A DNA stretch of 64,000 nt from Octopus vulgaris (taxonomy: Eukaryota). Every line of letters starts with the position of its first letter. The stretch's first letter is position 1. The stretch spans positions 189,038,001 to 189,102,000 of the forward strand of contig OX597814.1 of NCBI GenBank assembly GCA_951406725.2. Direction: 5' to 3'. This document shows positions 1 to 13,731 of the stretch, piece by piece. The position numbers and the translations under genes were made by a program. The notes under the pieces are model-generated. The model saw nothing but the letters and a program-made list of their open reading frames with translations. It searched no databases and had not been told where the DNA came from.

Positions 1-593
1 TGTTTTACCAGCTTCATTCATCGCTTACTAACGTTTTCTCGTACTCTTTTACACTTCAGTATGCAGTGGTACATTCCTTCATGAATGTGATTGATAGGTG
101 GAATTTCTTAATCAAATTTAACGAAAATACGCTCGCAAATGATTGCGTTGTACACACATATTACCACAGACATACGCACGACTGCAGATGTCTATATAGA
201 CATGTACGTATGGATTTATGTGTGTTTGTGCAGGTAATGCTGTATGTATGTGTATAAGTATGTGTGCATGTACGACGTATGTATATATGTATGTACGGAT
301 GGATGTGTGCTATGTGTGCATGTATGATATATGTATAATGTAGGTATGTAAGACGTATATATGCATGTATGTATATATGTAAGCATATATGTAGGTACGG
401 AGTGTTTGTCTAGTTTTTTTCGTCTGTTTTTCTTTTGTATTCGTTTTTTTTTTGTAAATATACCGTGAAGATTTCTATGAATAACTTGTTCTGTGTCTTT
501 TGTTTTCATTTAAAAAATTTTTCTTGGGTGGGGGGGAATGAATGTTGAGAAGAATCAGTAGTCAAAGAATCGAAATCAAAGAATGAAAGCTAA

Positions 594-684
594 AACTACT
601 ACTACTACTACTACTACTTCTATTATTACTACTACCACTACTACTACTGCTGCTGCTGGTGCTGCTAGTATTAGTAGTAGTAGT

Positions 685-737
<53 letters not shown>

Positions 738-738
738 C
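594..738. repeat. Self-complementary compound trinucleotide repeat (CTA)n(CTG)n..(CAG)n(TAG)n
   Basis: Direct reading. Confidence 0.85.
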
Positions 739-3635
739 AAATAACAAGCAAAAGAGATTTGAAATATAGTGAAATGCGATCGCAAAATTAGGAGAGGCAT
801 TCAGTAATGATTGCGTTAGTTGCTTGGCCTATCGAACAAAAACTGCAACGTTATCTAAACGGAAAGACGGCTAACATCCAATAAGCAGGTCTAATTGCTG
901 CTTTATTCAATCGCGACTAATTAATCAACTTTCTGCTAAATAACAATCGTCTTCTTCGACTGTTGTTGTGTGTCGTTGATGTTATCTTCCGGAAACTAGT
1001 GTTCGGTCTCTCTGATGGAAGTGTCGAATAGCTTGCAGAGGAATATCTATTGTAAAGAGAACACAGGGCGAACGAACGAACGAACGAACTAACAAACGAG
1101 CGAGCGAGCGAGAAAGGGAGAGTGAGAGGCACAGAAGAAAGCGAAAGGAGAGAAAGAGAGCAATGAAGAGAAGAGAAGTTTGGGTTGGGGAAAGAAGGAG
1201 AGTGAGAAGACAGTGTACTGGCTGACTGCCTGCTTGTCAGATTGTCTGCCTGACACGTTCTTACAAAATATTCTCTTCCCATGTGATCTCTTAATGTAGT
1301 AAAGCTTACATCAGTTACTTATATATTATATAGTATGTGTGTACGGCTTTTGTTCTCTTGATTTCCCAGTATCTCAACTTCCTTTTACTATTTTCTTGTT
1401 TGCTCTTTTCTTCTGATGCTTTATTCATCTATTTACTTATTTACTTATATATTTGAAATTCGTTACCTCCTACTATTTTATTTTCTATTCATGATTTCCA
1501 TCAACCCTACACTCACACACACACCCATACATATCTACCACCACTTATCTCTTTTTTTCTTCCTTCATTTTTTTTTGAAAAAAAATTCTCATTCACTCCG
1601 TCTCTCTGACTCTACTATTTACGAGTTTTTATTCAACTTCACTTTTTGTTTTTAGCATTACATCTTTAATCTCTCTCTTTCTCTCTCTCTCTTTCTCTCG
1701 TTCTAGTTCTTTTTTTTTCTCTTCGACAAACGAATTTTCTTAAAACTCTCATACTCCTAAACCCCTCTTATACGATGTATTTTTGTCTTATTCCTATCAA
1801 TTACTTGTGCAGTAAAGCTAGCTCATGTTTAGCTTGCAGCTGTTCATTATCAATCTATGGAGTGGAATGGATTGTACTGTAGAATCCTCTCGGTGTTTTA
1901 CGCTAATTCCGTTTAGTAAACGAAAAATGTTCATAGCAAATTCCAGTGCTTGTGCTGAATATCCAAATCTAAACGAATAGATAGCTCCATCTGGTTTAAA
2001 TAGTTTTAAATATATTAAACATTTTATTTCTTGAAGCATTTTCTACGTTTTTTTCGTTTTTTTGTTACAGATTAATTCTGTACAGAATATAAAATGTTCT
2101 TTATATAATTTATGTTCAAAATTCATGGGTTGATTATCTACACGGGGACAAAGGAAAGTTTGAATCAAACCCAAGGATCTTGCTTCAAACTTTAATAATG
2201 TATCGAATTCGATAAGTCGACTACACCTTCTCAACATTCTTTAACATTTAAATTTTACTGAAGCCAGTATATATTAATACATGTTGAGGTACCTCCAATG
2301 CTTTACGAATATATTTTCTTGGTTAATAAAACGTCGTTTTTTAAGATCACTTTTTAATTTTATACATTGAGAAAGGAAAGTATATTAAAACGAGGTATCA
2401 AAGTATTTCGTATTGCATACCTCTATAACAAGATGTTAATCATAAAAAAAAGTCGACTAGCTAAAAAACTAAATCAAAATCATGTGAGTAGATTCTGAAT
2501 GAGTCACGTATACAGTCGATAATTTGGGACTTACAAGACACGTTCCGCTATTTAGCTACAAGGCATACAAACAACATTTCTGTTACCATAGTAGACATTT
2601 TAAATTCATTTAAAACTTGTGAATCATTATTTCTCTTTGAAAAAACTAATTTGCTTTTAATACTACTATATATCAATAATTATTTTAGTTCTAATAATTT
2701 CAGAATGCATTTTGTTTTGCTGCGACTATGAAAAATATATTCACAAAACATCTACATTTCGGTTTTAAAGCTGACCTAGCTGGACAACGTCATTATTGTT
2801 AGTACTTTAGCATTAGCAGTTGAGAAGAAAAGAAATAATCTCAATTTCTATTTTGATATTCTTCGCCATTCTATCGTCTATAACAACATTCTAAGAGATT
2901 ATTTCATAATTATTCAAGTGTCATTATAGAATTGAAACACTTTCAATGCGACCTGTAAATTAGGATTAGCAGAAAGTAGGAACAAGGAGTTGAAAATCTT
3001 AGAATTATCATTCAGAACACCATCTCTTACAATGATATGTCAAGTGATTCACATGTTTCCGGTTCCCTAGATCATTTATATAATATGGAAGTTATTGATA
3101 TTTCCAGATAACTAACAATATTAGTTAAGTATGCCACTTCAGAGTCAGCTACTAGGAGGTTTTCATCTAACATGCAGACTTCGGGTGTTTTAATTACGCA
3201 TTCATTAAACTGAGACAAGGATTTCTCATTTCTTTCTCTTTTTTTTTCTTTAATATCAAGTGCCTTTCCAATAAAACCAGACACGAATTTAATTTTATTA
3301 TCGATATCACGGCGTGTTAATGAGAAATATATTTGACTTAAGTGTCTAAATATTTTCTACGCAACATTTCAGGTTATGAGAACACAATCGTTTTCTGATG
3401 GAAAAAAATATTGTAAAAATGAATTTTTACATTAATGGCGGTAAAATGATGTCGTAAGTAGGAAAAGCGAAAAATATTTAGTGTGAGTGAGGATTCAGAT
3501 GGCTAAGAAGAAGTTATGTCTTTTTTAAATATAAGCTGTAAACATTGTAAATATTCTCTCATTCCCACGCATACGCATGTGCGTACTTGTACATTTTCAT
3601 ATACCTAGACCATGCACTTCATATATATATGTGTT

Positions 3636-3689
<54 letters not shown>

Positions 3690-3768
3690 TATGTATATAA
3701 ATATGGATATACATACACACATATATATTTACACACACGCATACGTATATACATATATGCATGCAAAC

Positions 3769-3818
<50 letters not shown>

Positions 3819-4009
3819 ATGTAAATTTATAAATATATACACATAAATATATTACTGTAAGTACATATATATGTTTCTATTTGTGTGTGTGTGTGTGTGT
3901 GTGTATTCACATGCATGCGCACTCTGATATACGTATATATACACACACAGAGAAAAGTATCTGTGTACGTATATACAAGTATATGTTATGGTATAAATTT
4001 ATTTATAAG

Positions 4010-4075
<66 letters not shown>

Positions 4076-4108
4076 TGTATGTATATATGTAAATGTATGT
4101 ATATGTAC

Positions 4109-4320
4109 CTTCTCCATTGGGTTGGTAACTGATGGCCTCTTCCGTACCGTATTATGATTGTAGACACATGTGCCACGGAAGTTGTCTGAGAAAGCAGCTT
4201 TAATCAAGTCTGACAAGGCCCGTAACTCAAGAATCTTTTCACCGCAACTGCCATGCATCTCTTCTCGATCTGCCTCTAACTTTTCTCTCTCAGCCTTGGG
4301 CATCCGACCAAACCGCACAG
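4109..4320 (-). CDS. PPAR: PPAR/NR1C-like nuclear receptor, C-terminal extension/hinge exon (AVRFGRMPKAEREKLEADREEMHGSCGEKILELRALSDLIKAAFSDNFRG...PMEK)
   Basis: Acceptor cattgcag|CT completes the phase-1 Ala codon (G+CT). AVRFGRMPxAExEKL resembles vertebrate PPAR AIRFGRMPxxEKxKL. Donor AAG|GTACAT at 4109; an alternative in-frame donor ACG|GTACGG lies at 4148, so the 3' boundary is less certain. Confidence 0.9.
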
Positions 4321-4493
4321 CTGCAATGAGACAATGTAACAAAACTATCATATAAAATATGTAGCAGGCACAATAGGAATGAGAAATGGAACATAATTTA
4401 AATATTTCGATAACAAAAGCAAAAAAGACCAAATATTAACATAATCTCATTTGTAATATATACATGCATATATATGTATGTATGTGTGTATGA

Positions 4494-4583
<90 letters not shown>

Positions 4584-4591
<8 letters not shown>

Positions 4592-4753
4592 TACGAAAAT
4601 AACAAAAGACGAAGACAGGTGGTGTACTAAACAAACACATGTATTAGTATAACGCTCAGGAATACAAAAAAGTCTTTTACGTTTCGAGTCTACGCTCTTC
4701 TACAGAAAGGGACACAAGCAGAGAAACAATCAGAGAAAAGAGGAGAGAAAAAA
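4584..4753 (-). mobile_element. Microsatellite-embedded element (family F) with variant hammerhead-like motif at 4672-4710
   Basis: Homologous to 7078-7185, 13481-13683, 15720-15929, 28517-28697 and 56176-56370. Motif CUUU CUGUAGA A GAGCGUAGACUC GAAA CG UA AAAG. Confidence 0.7.
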
Positions 4754-4770
4754 TATATATATACATATAT

Positions 4771-5019
4771 AAATGCGCCTTTTAAACCTGGCCAGGCTCA
4801 TGGGCCCGGTTTCCCGGTTTCTATGGCGTATGTTTTCCCCTGCTGGACGGGACGCCAGTCCATCGCAGCGTTACTCATTTTTGCCAGCTGAGTGGGCTGG
4901 AGCAACGTGAAATGAAGTGTTTTACTCAAGAGCACAACGCGTCGGCCGGTCCAGGAATCGAAACCACAATCTTACGATCATGATGCTGGCATCCTAACCA
5001 CTAAGCCAAGCGCCTCCAC
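4771..5019 (-). mobile_element. tRNA-derived SINE family C
   Basis: Minus-strand head TGGCTTAGTGGTTAGG..GGTTTCGATTCC; tail CTGCGATGGACTGGCGTCCCGTCC..GAAACCGGGAAACCGGGC; homologous to 25906-26140. Confidence 0.85.
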
Positions 5020-5516
5020 ACTCATACACACACACACACATACACATATACACACAGTGAAACCGTGTGGCTTTGTGGGTAGGGTAATCGTGTCACGCAG
5101 AATCTTCGTGATAACTACGTTACGGTTACGCGTATCTGTGCAGGGCTCAGCCACATGCACGTAAATTTCACGAGCAGGGACTCTCATTAATCGGATCAAG
5201 TGGAACCCCCGTCGTCCTAACAGGCGGACAGAGTGCCAGTATATACACACTCACACAGAAACACATTCAGGTTTCCATTTGTAATAAATTTGGCTAATTA
5301 GTACTTTCTTTATTGTTAAAGTTAACATGTTGCGATTATTAGGCACTTAGCAATACTGTTAATTTCCATATAGAGTGTATATGTGATCGTGTGATGTTAT
5401 GGAATTGTAAATTGTAAACAATATATGAAAGAGTTATCAAATATTTAAACCTTTTCCTGACATGTGACCACCTTTTGTACGTGCCTGTGCGTATGTATAT
5501 ATGTGTGTGTGTGAGT

Positions 5517-5560
<44 letters not shown>

Positions 5561-5564
<4 letters not shown>

Positions 5565-5805
5565 ACATATTAGGGAATAAATCCAAACTTACAGGGAAAA
5601 ATCAGATTTAGGATTAAATCCAATTTTATAGTATAAATATATTATATCATATTATATTAAATTAGAGATAAAACCACTATTAGGCAATCAAACAATGAAA
5701 AACTTAAGCCAATACATAACATTAATTTAATTTATATTATTAAATATATATCGAAAGTATTAAAAGTTTAATAAAAGATAAAGAGTAAAAAACCACGATC
5801 GTTTC
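5561..5805 (-). mobile_element. (TA)n-flanked element truncated within a possible hammerhead 3' half
   Basis: Minus strand begins GAAACGATCGT (palindromic stem-III-like). A partial homologue lies at ~39788-39868, also in (TA)n. Confidence 0.45.
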
Positions 5806-7077
5806 ATATATATACATACATAAGTACATTCTTACGTGTATATCCTCCCTCTCCCTCTCTCTCTCTCTCTATATATATATATGCATACAATAAGGAGCGT
5901 TTAAATCAAGACATACATAAATGTATATATATATCATGGACTCTCTCGTTGTTAGACAATCATCAGGTCCTGGCAATTTCTTGCGGAACAACCACACAAA
6001 TGATTTGTTTATAGTGATCAAATGTTTGTGTACACATAAGCTTACTCCCTGCATCACATCGACATTACCTGTACAAGTGCACTGTGTGCCACATGTCAGA
6101 TGACGAAATAGTCGTAGAGCAACGTGAAATGAAGTGCTTTGCTCAAGAACACAACGGAACACCGGATCTGGGGACGGAACCCTCGGTCTTGCAATCGTGA
6201 GTGCAATATGCTAGCCACGAAGCTATGCGACTTTGCACCAGGTCACCTGTCTCCCCACATTTCCGCTCCGTCGACCATCGCACTCAATATGTCTCGGTTT
6301 TTGCCGTGGTCAGCATCCTCCCCACCACTCTCCACCCATATGCTCTCTGCACACCAATACCTTATCCATATGCTTAACCCTTTCTCGCCCTCTCATCACC
6401 CACACATTCATATCTTTCGCTCACACACACTTCATCAGTTCTACCCTCCTGTCCGCTTGACACACTCACTAACAGACACAAATACATACCACCATTCATC
6501 TCTATGACACATTCATATATATCCATCAGTACACCAGCACACGTTTTCGCCCATCCACACTGTCACACTGGCTCGCATTCGTTTTCACACACATTTACAA
6601 ACTTTCTTCCTCCCCGCTGGTCCCGCTTTCCCGGCCAGTCTGTTTTACACCTCTGCAACAGACACTTTAATACGCTAACAGCGATGTATTGTACCAGCAT
6701 GTTCCAATCTTGTTCGTATTTGTTCCACATTACAGCATTTCACACCCATATAACTACATGCATTCCTATCCCCCTGTTTCATCTCCCCATTAGCCTCACA
6801 GCTGCACCCGTGCCCACCTGCTTACTTCAACGCTTAGAGATTATACATACACATGCAAACCATCATCACACAACCTGACCCAAGACATTATATTCCTGTA
6901 TGTGCATACCTCTACACACATACATACACATTACCCAGCCCTCCATACATACACAAACAGCACTCCCACTCATGTCTGTCTCAAAACACGGATACAGTCC
7001 TATACATAGAACCTCCTTCCTTCTTAACTCTTTATAGAAACACATTCCTATATGTCTCGTAATACCTCTTTCGTTTC

Positions 7078-7185
7078 AAGCATAGAAAAAATCTTTTACG
7101 TTTCGAGCCTACGCTCTTCTACAGAAAGATACACAGAAAAAAACAACGAGAGAAAAAATGTGTGTAGTAGCTAACGATCTATCAT
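7078..7185 (-). mobile_element. Family F element, partial; motif at 7091-7130
   Basis: AUCUUU CUGUAGA A GAGC GUAG GCUC GAAA CG UA AAAGAU. Confidence 0.7.
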
Positions 7186-7282
7186 ATATGTATGTGTGTG
7201 TGTGTATATATATGTGTACGTATATAGACATATATATACATAGAAACATACATATGTATGTATAAGAGTGTGTGTTTTGGAC

Positions 7283-7316
<34 letters not shown>

Positions 7317-7502
7317 GTACGAATACATAAGAATAACGCAACTCAATACATAACAATACACATATTTAAATTCGGATGCAAATTTATAAGTGATACGAGG
7401 GCCGAAGGTTTCGTGAATTGTACTTATGGAGCTCACGAAACTTCCGTGTTCACGCGCGTGCGCGTGTGCGTTCGTATGTGTATTTATGTATCTATGTATA
7501 TA

Positions 7503-7718
7503 TGAAGGGTGCTGAAAAGTTCCTGGCTTTAAGGGTGTAGCGAAAGGCCTGGTTGGCGCCCCAAGTTTCCCAATTCTTTTACAGGTGTTAGAAAACCTGA
7601 GGGACTGCTTCAATAAGTGTGTGAATATGAGAGGGGAATATATTGAATAAAATCATAATTATCAGGTCCTTCTGCATTTTCTTTTACTCAAAGTCAGGAA
7701 TATTTCAGCACCCTGTCG
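7503..7718 (+). mobile_element. Mariner-derived MITE
   Basis: TIRs AGGGTGCTGAAAAGTTCCTGGCTTT / AAAGTCAGGAATATTTCAGCACCCT; internal remnant NKCVNMRGEYIE* resembles a mariner transposase C-terminus. Confidence 0.75.
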
Positions 7719-7776
7719 TGTGTATGTATGTGTGCTCGATCCAGAAAGGACTTCAGACATAGGGCTTTCTTTATTT

Positions 7777-8206
7777 GAATCTTTTCGGTTTGACCAGCAG
7801 TTTTTAAAAATAATTTCTACGTAACTAAATACGTTTAAACTTCGTATACTAGTAGAATATGCTTATAAAACATCTTTTTCTCTTGGCTTTATTGAGAAAA
7901 TTCTATAGTTTGTAAGATATTTGTTATTTTTTTCTTCAATTTCTGTAATTTCAACCAATCAATGACGTCTATTGAGGTGAAAACATTCTGTGCCGTATGA
8001 ATATGTCCCTTATTGGGTTTATTTACATTTCTGAAGAAAAAAAAAGATACCCTTTCCCCCCACCCCTAACCCTAACAAACCCTAACTCTATAACCCTAAC
8101 CGTAAAAGAGATTGAAATGCAATAGATCGATACTAGGGTCATAATTATGGGTGACAATTTCATATGACACCGCTAGAAAAAACTGCCGTTCAAACCGAAA
8201 AGATCC
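7777..8206. mobile_element. MITE with ~29-bp TIRs, 8-bp TSD and internal CCCTAA repeats
   Basis: GAATCTTTTCGGTTTGACCAGCAGTTTTT / AAAAACTGCCGTTCAAACCGAAAAGATCC. Flanks CTTTATTT / CTTGATTT. CCCTAA-like units at ~8063-8101. Confidence 0.78.
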
Positions 8207-9013
8207 CTTGATTTTTCCAAAATTCACCGAAGTTTGAATGAGGGGTGTCCATAACATTTGACGTGCTGTGCACAAAAATTTTATGAAGAGTTGCGTGTTG
8301 CTTGTACAGAAGCGTTGTGTTATTGAGGTAACAGCAAATAGGTCGTTAATAAGCACATAGAAGCGTCAAGGGACATTACTAAACCTTGCATTACACCAGA
8401 GTTAATAAATTGTTAATGCCTCATAAAACGCGTTAATGCACATACAGTTGTGAACTCACTTCATCTTTATTAAAAAATATACGTATACATGAATTAACAC
8501 ATGTATAAAGAGGAGGGTATATAAAAGTTAAAAACGTGTGCATACTTTGCTCTGTGTTTGTCAAAATGAATTAGTGCAAAGCCAATGTATATATGTAAGT
8601 ATTTTTGCCCTATCCGTTCGCAATATAAACATTTTATTTGTTCGTGAGAAAGACGGAGAGTGATGGACAACAAGAGTGAGTGACAGAGAGTGATACAGTG
8701 CGTGTACAAAGGAAAAAAGAAAGTTCAGATACTTAAATGATAAGAAGAAAAAAAAAATGAGGAAATCATCAATCATTGAGAAAAAATATTGAAGCAAGAA
8801 AATTATTCGGGGAAAGATGTTAGATAGGCATAGAATAGATAATGGGGAGGAGGAATAAAAAAAAAAAAAGCAAGAAAGAGAAAGAAACGGAGGAAGAGAG
8901 AAACGGGAATGAGAGAGAAGTATTAGAGATATTAAAAAGAGATTGAAGACTGCGAGGATTTTGTATGAGTATGTATGTTACAGGAAAATGTAAGTTAAAA
9001 TATTGAGGTACTT

Positions 9014-9283
9014 ATGTATGTATGTATGATGTACGTATGTATGTATGGTGTACGTATGTATGTATGTATGATGTATGTATGTATGTATGATGTATGTATG
9101 TATGTATGTATGTATGTATGTATGTATGTATGTATGTATGTATGTATGTATGTGTGTATGTACGTACGTACGTATGTATGTACGTACGTATGTACGTATG
9201 TATGATGTACGTATGTATGCATGCATAATGTATGTATTATGTATGTGTATATATGTATGTATTTATCTATCTATATATCAATA

Positions 9284-9360
<77 letters not shown>

Positions 9361-9480
9361 GCTTCTTTTTGGCCTGTATTCGTGTGCGTGCATGTATATA
9401 TGTATATGTGCATATGTAGATATAAAAATATATACACATATATATATGTGTGTGTGTGTCTGTGTGTGAGTACACATATT

Positions 9481-9535
<55 letters not shown>

Positions 9536-9548
9536 ATGTGTGTTTATG

Positions 9549-9579
<31 letters not shown>

Positions 9580-9640
9580 AAATATATATGTATGTGTATG
9601 TATGTATGTTTATATGTATGTATGTATGCATGTATGCAAG
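9014..9640. repeat. Compound (TATG)n/(TCTG)n/(TCTA)n/(TA)n microsatellite
   Basis: Direct reading. Confidence 0.95.
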
Positions 9641-9996
9641 AATATGCGAATCTAAAATGTCAAGTGAATAAGAAATTATGTGAAGAACTTCGTTAACTTA
9701 CAACACTCATAGTCGAATGAAGTGCACTTCACTTTTGAGGCTCCGACGAAACTAACAGCGTGTTGCACAAGTATGAAATTATGAGTGCATGCTTATAGTA
9801 GAAACAGCTATAAGCTAATGAAGTTAATGACAACATTTCTTATTCCTTTGTCATTTCAATTTTTTATTACTGCCCTGTATTGATTCGATACTTTGTTCTG
9901 GAGGTTATATATATATATATACTGAGTTCTACACCAGAATATTTGTATCGCAATGCCTAAGCGAAATAATAATACTACTAGTAGTAATGATGTTTC

Positions 9997-10070
<74 letters not shown>

Positions 10071-10072
<2 letters not shown>

Positions 10073-10626
10073 GCCCTGATGCAGTACCAGGCAGTGGCTC
10101 TCATGGCTTCTGATCTTAACTGATTGGAAGTGTTATCATGTACATTGTTTTGTCTTGGTATAAAAGATGGGCTACAGCAAATATTCTGCTCAATACCACA
10201 GATTTGCTTGTCAGCTGTTTGACCTTAACCAGTTGAGCATGTCCCTTAGTGGCTGACGATATGTGCATCTCTGATCACGAGCAGAAGTAGTGGGGGAGCA
10301 TCATAGCCATATGTGGAGAGGGATTCTTTGGAGTTTGAATAATTCACCTCTGGAAACATGGGTATTTCGTTCAACATCCTTGAACAACCCTTATTCAGGG
10401 ACCTTTTGAGCAGGATGGGCTACTCGACCTGAAGAAAATTCTAACTGGGCCCCACCTGCAAGGTCATGTGCTGCTTATCTTGATATGAGATCACCATGTC
10501 GCGCACATATGGTTGTGATGCATGTGCCTGGTGTACCTTTATCAGACGGGTAGTCATGATGGGTATATTGGGCTTCGTATATTTTACCCCAGTGTCACTT
10601 TGATGGCATGAACTGCTCTCTCACTC
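10071..10626 (+). mobile_element. ~555-bp non-coding element embedded in (AAT)n, probably a 3' fragment of a microsatellite-targeting non-LTR retrotransposon
   Basis: GC-richer island with sharp boundaries between (AAT)n at 9997-10070 and (AAT)n from 10627. Dong/R4 assignment and strand are inferred. Confidence 0.5.
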
Positions 10627-11148
<522 letters not shown>

Positions 11149-11538
11149 ATTCAAATAAAAGAATAAACAAAGCGAGAAAAAACGAACGTCGGGATGTGCA
11201 CAAGAAATGTATAAGCTTGACATTCTGTGAAAGGAGAGAGATCCTGACTCGAAGTGTGTCGGAATCGTATCGCGTGTGTATTTTCGCACGTATAACGAGG
11301 TTGAGTGTCTATTCCGTCGGAAACACAATCTGGTTTGACGAATAAATTTGTTAGCAATGTAATCTGATTGGAAATAGAGGCCGGTGTGCAGTGTAGCCTA
11401 TCTAGATTTCTAGATTTCAATGCAACTGAATGTGTATATTTCAGACTGGAAATATACAGTTTAAAGAAGAAAATCCATCCGTGGAGTAAAATTATGAAAA
11501 CAATGGATTCATTTAATTATATTCCACATCATGGAAAA

Positions 11539-11768
11539 GGCGGCGAGCTGGCAGAAACGTTAGCACGCTGGGCGAAATGCGTAGCCGTATTTCGTCTGCC
11601 GTTACGTTCTGAGTTCAAATTCCGCCGAGTTGGACTTTGCCTTTCATCCTTTCGGAGTCGATAAATTAAGTACCAGTTACGCACTGGGGTCGATGTAATC
11701 GACTTAATCCGTTTGTCTGTCGTTGTTTGTCCCCTCTGTGTTTAGCCCCTTGTGGGTACTAAAGAAAT
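11539..11768 (+). mobile_element. tRNA-derived SINE family A
   Basis: Head GGCGGCGAGCTGGCAGAA..GAGTTCAAATTCC; central GCCTTTCATCCTTTCGG; TSD TATATTCCACATCATG. Confidence 0.88.
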
Positions 11769-12304
11769 ATATATTCCACATCATGTAGCTCAATGATTTT
11801 TAAAAGTTTGAATAAATAATAATTTTATGTTTCAGTTTGAAAATTTTGACAATACATATGTATTACTTGCCAATTGTTATATCCCGGAGGATATATGTCA
11901 TTTTCTCTGTCTGTTACATCTAAATTATATTTATAGAAAATCAACAAAAACGAAGATTCATTTTAAAGCATTTACTAGGAAATTTCACATAACGATATTT
12001 ATATTCATTCGAAAGCAAGCTATACATGTCAAAAAGAAAGAATCACCAAATTTTCTTCAAGTATTATATCTGATATTTCTTGGGCATTAAAATAGATCTC
12101 GATTTTTTTTTCTATTTAAATGATGGAGCAAACAGAAATGGCTCAAAGTATTAAGCAAGAAGTAACGAAGAATTTCTTTCATCCACTCATTATTCGCAAA
12201 TCATGGTATAAAAAAATGAAAGACAAAAGAGGGAAACTGTTATTTTGAATTGGTAACTATGATTTCATACTGTTTGATTGAACACCATTAGTTTGTAAAT
12301 TTTA

Positions 12305-12383
<79 letters not shown>

Positions 12384-12426
12384 TATATATATACACACAT
12401 ATATATATATACACACACATATATAT

Positions 12427-12470
<44 letters not shown>

Positions 12471-12557
12471 ACATATATACATGTATGTATGTATGCATGT
12501 ACTATGTACGTATATATATACATACATAAATACATGCATATATATATAGTATATGCT

Positions 12558-12591
<34 letters not shown>

Positions 12592-13480
12592 TAGGTATAG
12601 ATATAGATATACACAAGCATATACTATATATATGCATGTATTTATGTATGTTTATGAAATTGATAAGTTTTGCATACTTTTCGTTCCATCAATCGTTTAA
12701 ATTTTATAGAACAGTTTGTTTTTATACTACATTAAAACGTTGAATACTAAGTAAATGAATTATGACAGATGAAGATTCATGTTGAAAGAGAGAGAGAGAA
12801 AAAAAAAGAAAAAAGAAGGAATGGAAAATTTTAATACACATATATACATGAGCGCGGGAACGAAAGTATAAAAGAAAAGTATGTGTGTATATTTATGTAA
12901 GAAAAAAAAAAGTATAAAGAGAAATTTAGAAAGAACCTACTTAAAAGTTGCGGAAAGAAACCGATGATAGAAAGTACTAATATACAACAGATAAGGAGTT
13001 AATGAGGCAGTACTGAAACCGGTGGTGAGGAACAGGACATATCGAGGCGCAATTATTTGCATATCAATCTTTCTGGGGTGCTTTAATAGTACTTCCGTCA
13101 GAAAAAGAAGAAAAAAAAATTTACAAGAAATATTGCATTCGAAAAAAAAAATATATATACATAGGTCTCCGGCACGTTCATATGCACACATATATGTACA
13201 AATATATATATATATATATATATGTATACATGCATGTATGTATATATATATAATATTATACCCGATTATATTGCTTTATATATATAAATATATATCATTA
13301 TATATATGTATGCATATATATGTATGTACATATATATACATATAATATTATGTTATATATATAGTATAATATTATATATATATATCATATTGTACTACAT
13401 TATGCTATATATATATGTGTGTGTGTATGTGCTATATAATATTGATATATATGCAATATATAGAACAAATATGGTCAGTC

Positions 13481-13683
13481 GCCATGATAGATCGTTCTCC
13501 ACTACACACATTTTTTTCCCTCCTTGTTTTTTTCTGTGTCCCTTTCTGCAGAAGAGCGTAGGCTCGAAACGTAAAAGGCCTTTTCTATTCCTGACCGTTA
13601 TACTAATACTAATACATCTGTATGTTTTGTACACCACCTGTCTTCGTCTTTTGTTGTTGTTTTTTTGTACGCTCTCCCTATAT
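13481..13683 (+). mobile_element. Family F element; motif at 13541-13578
   Basis: CCUUU CUGCAGA A GAGC GUAG GCUC GAAA CG UA AAAGG; AT-repeat flanks. Confidence 0.7.
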
Positions 13684-13731
13684 AGAACAAATATATTTAT
13701 ATACATAATATATAATTTAGATATGTATATA

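Noticed and set aside
1818-2039. ORF with LEFAMN resembling the PPAR LBD FEFA motif
   Set aside because: No surrounding LBD similarity or convincing splice sites.
3072-3284. Possible next PPAR exon (FNECVIKTPEV..)
   Set aside because: A phase-0 AG exists, but there is no recognisable homology or clear donor.
6230-7075. C/A-rich region with several ORFs next to a family F element, possibly a Penelope remnant
   Set aside because: No RT or GIY-YIG motif recognisable by eye; needs a tBLASTx/HMM search.
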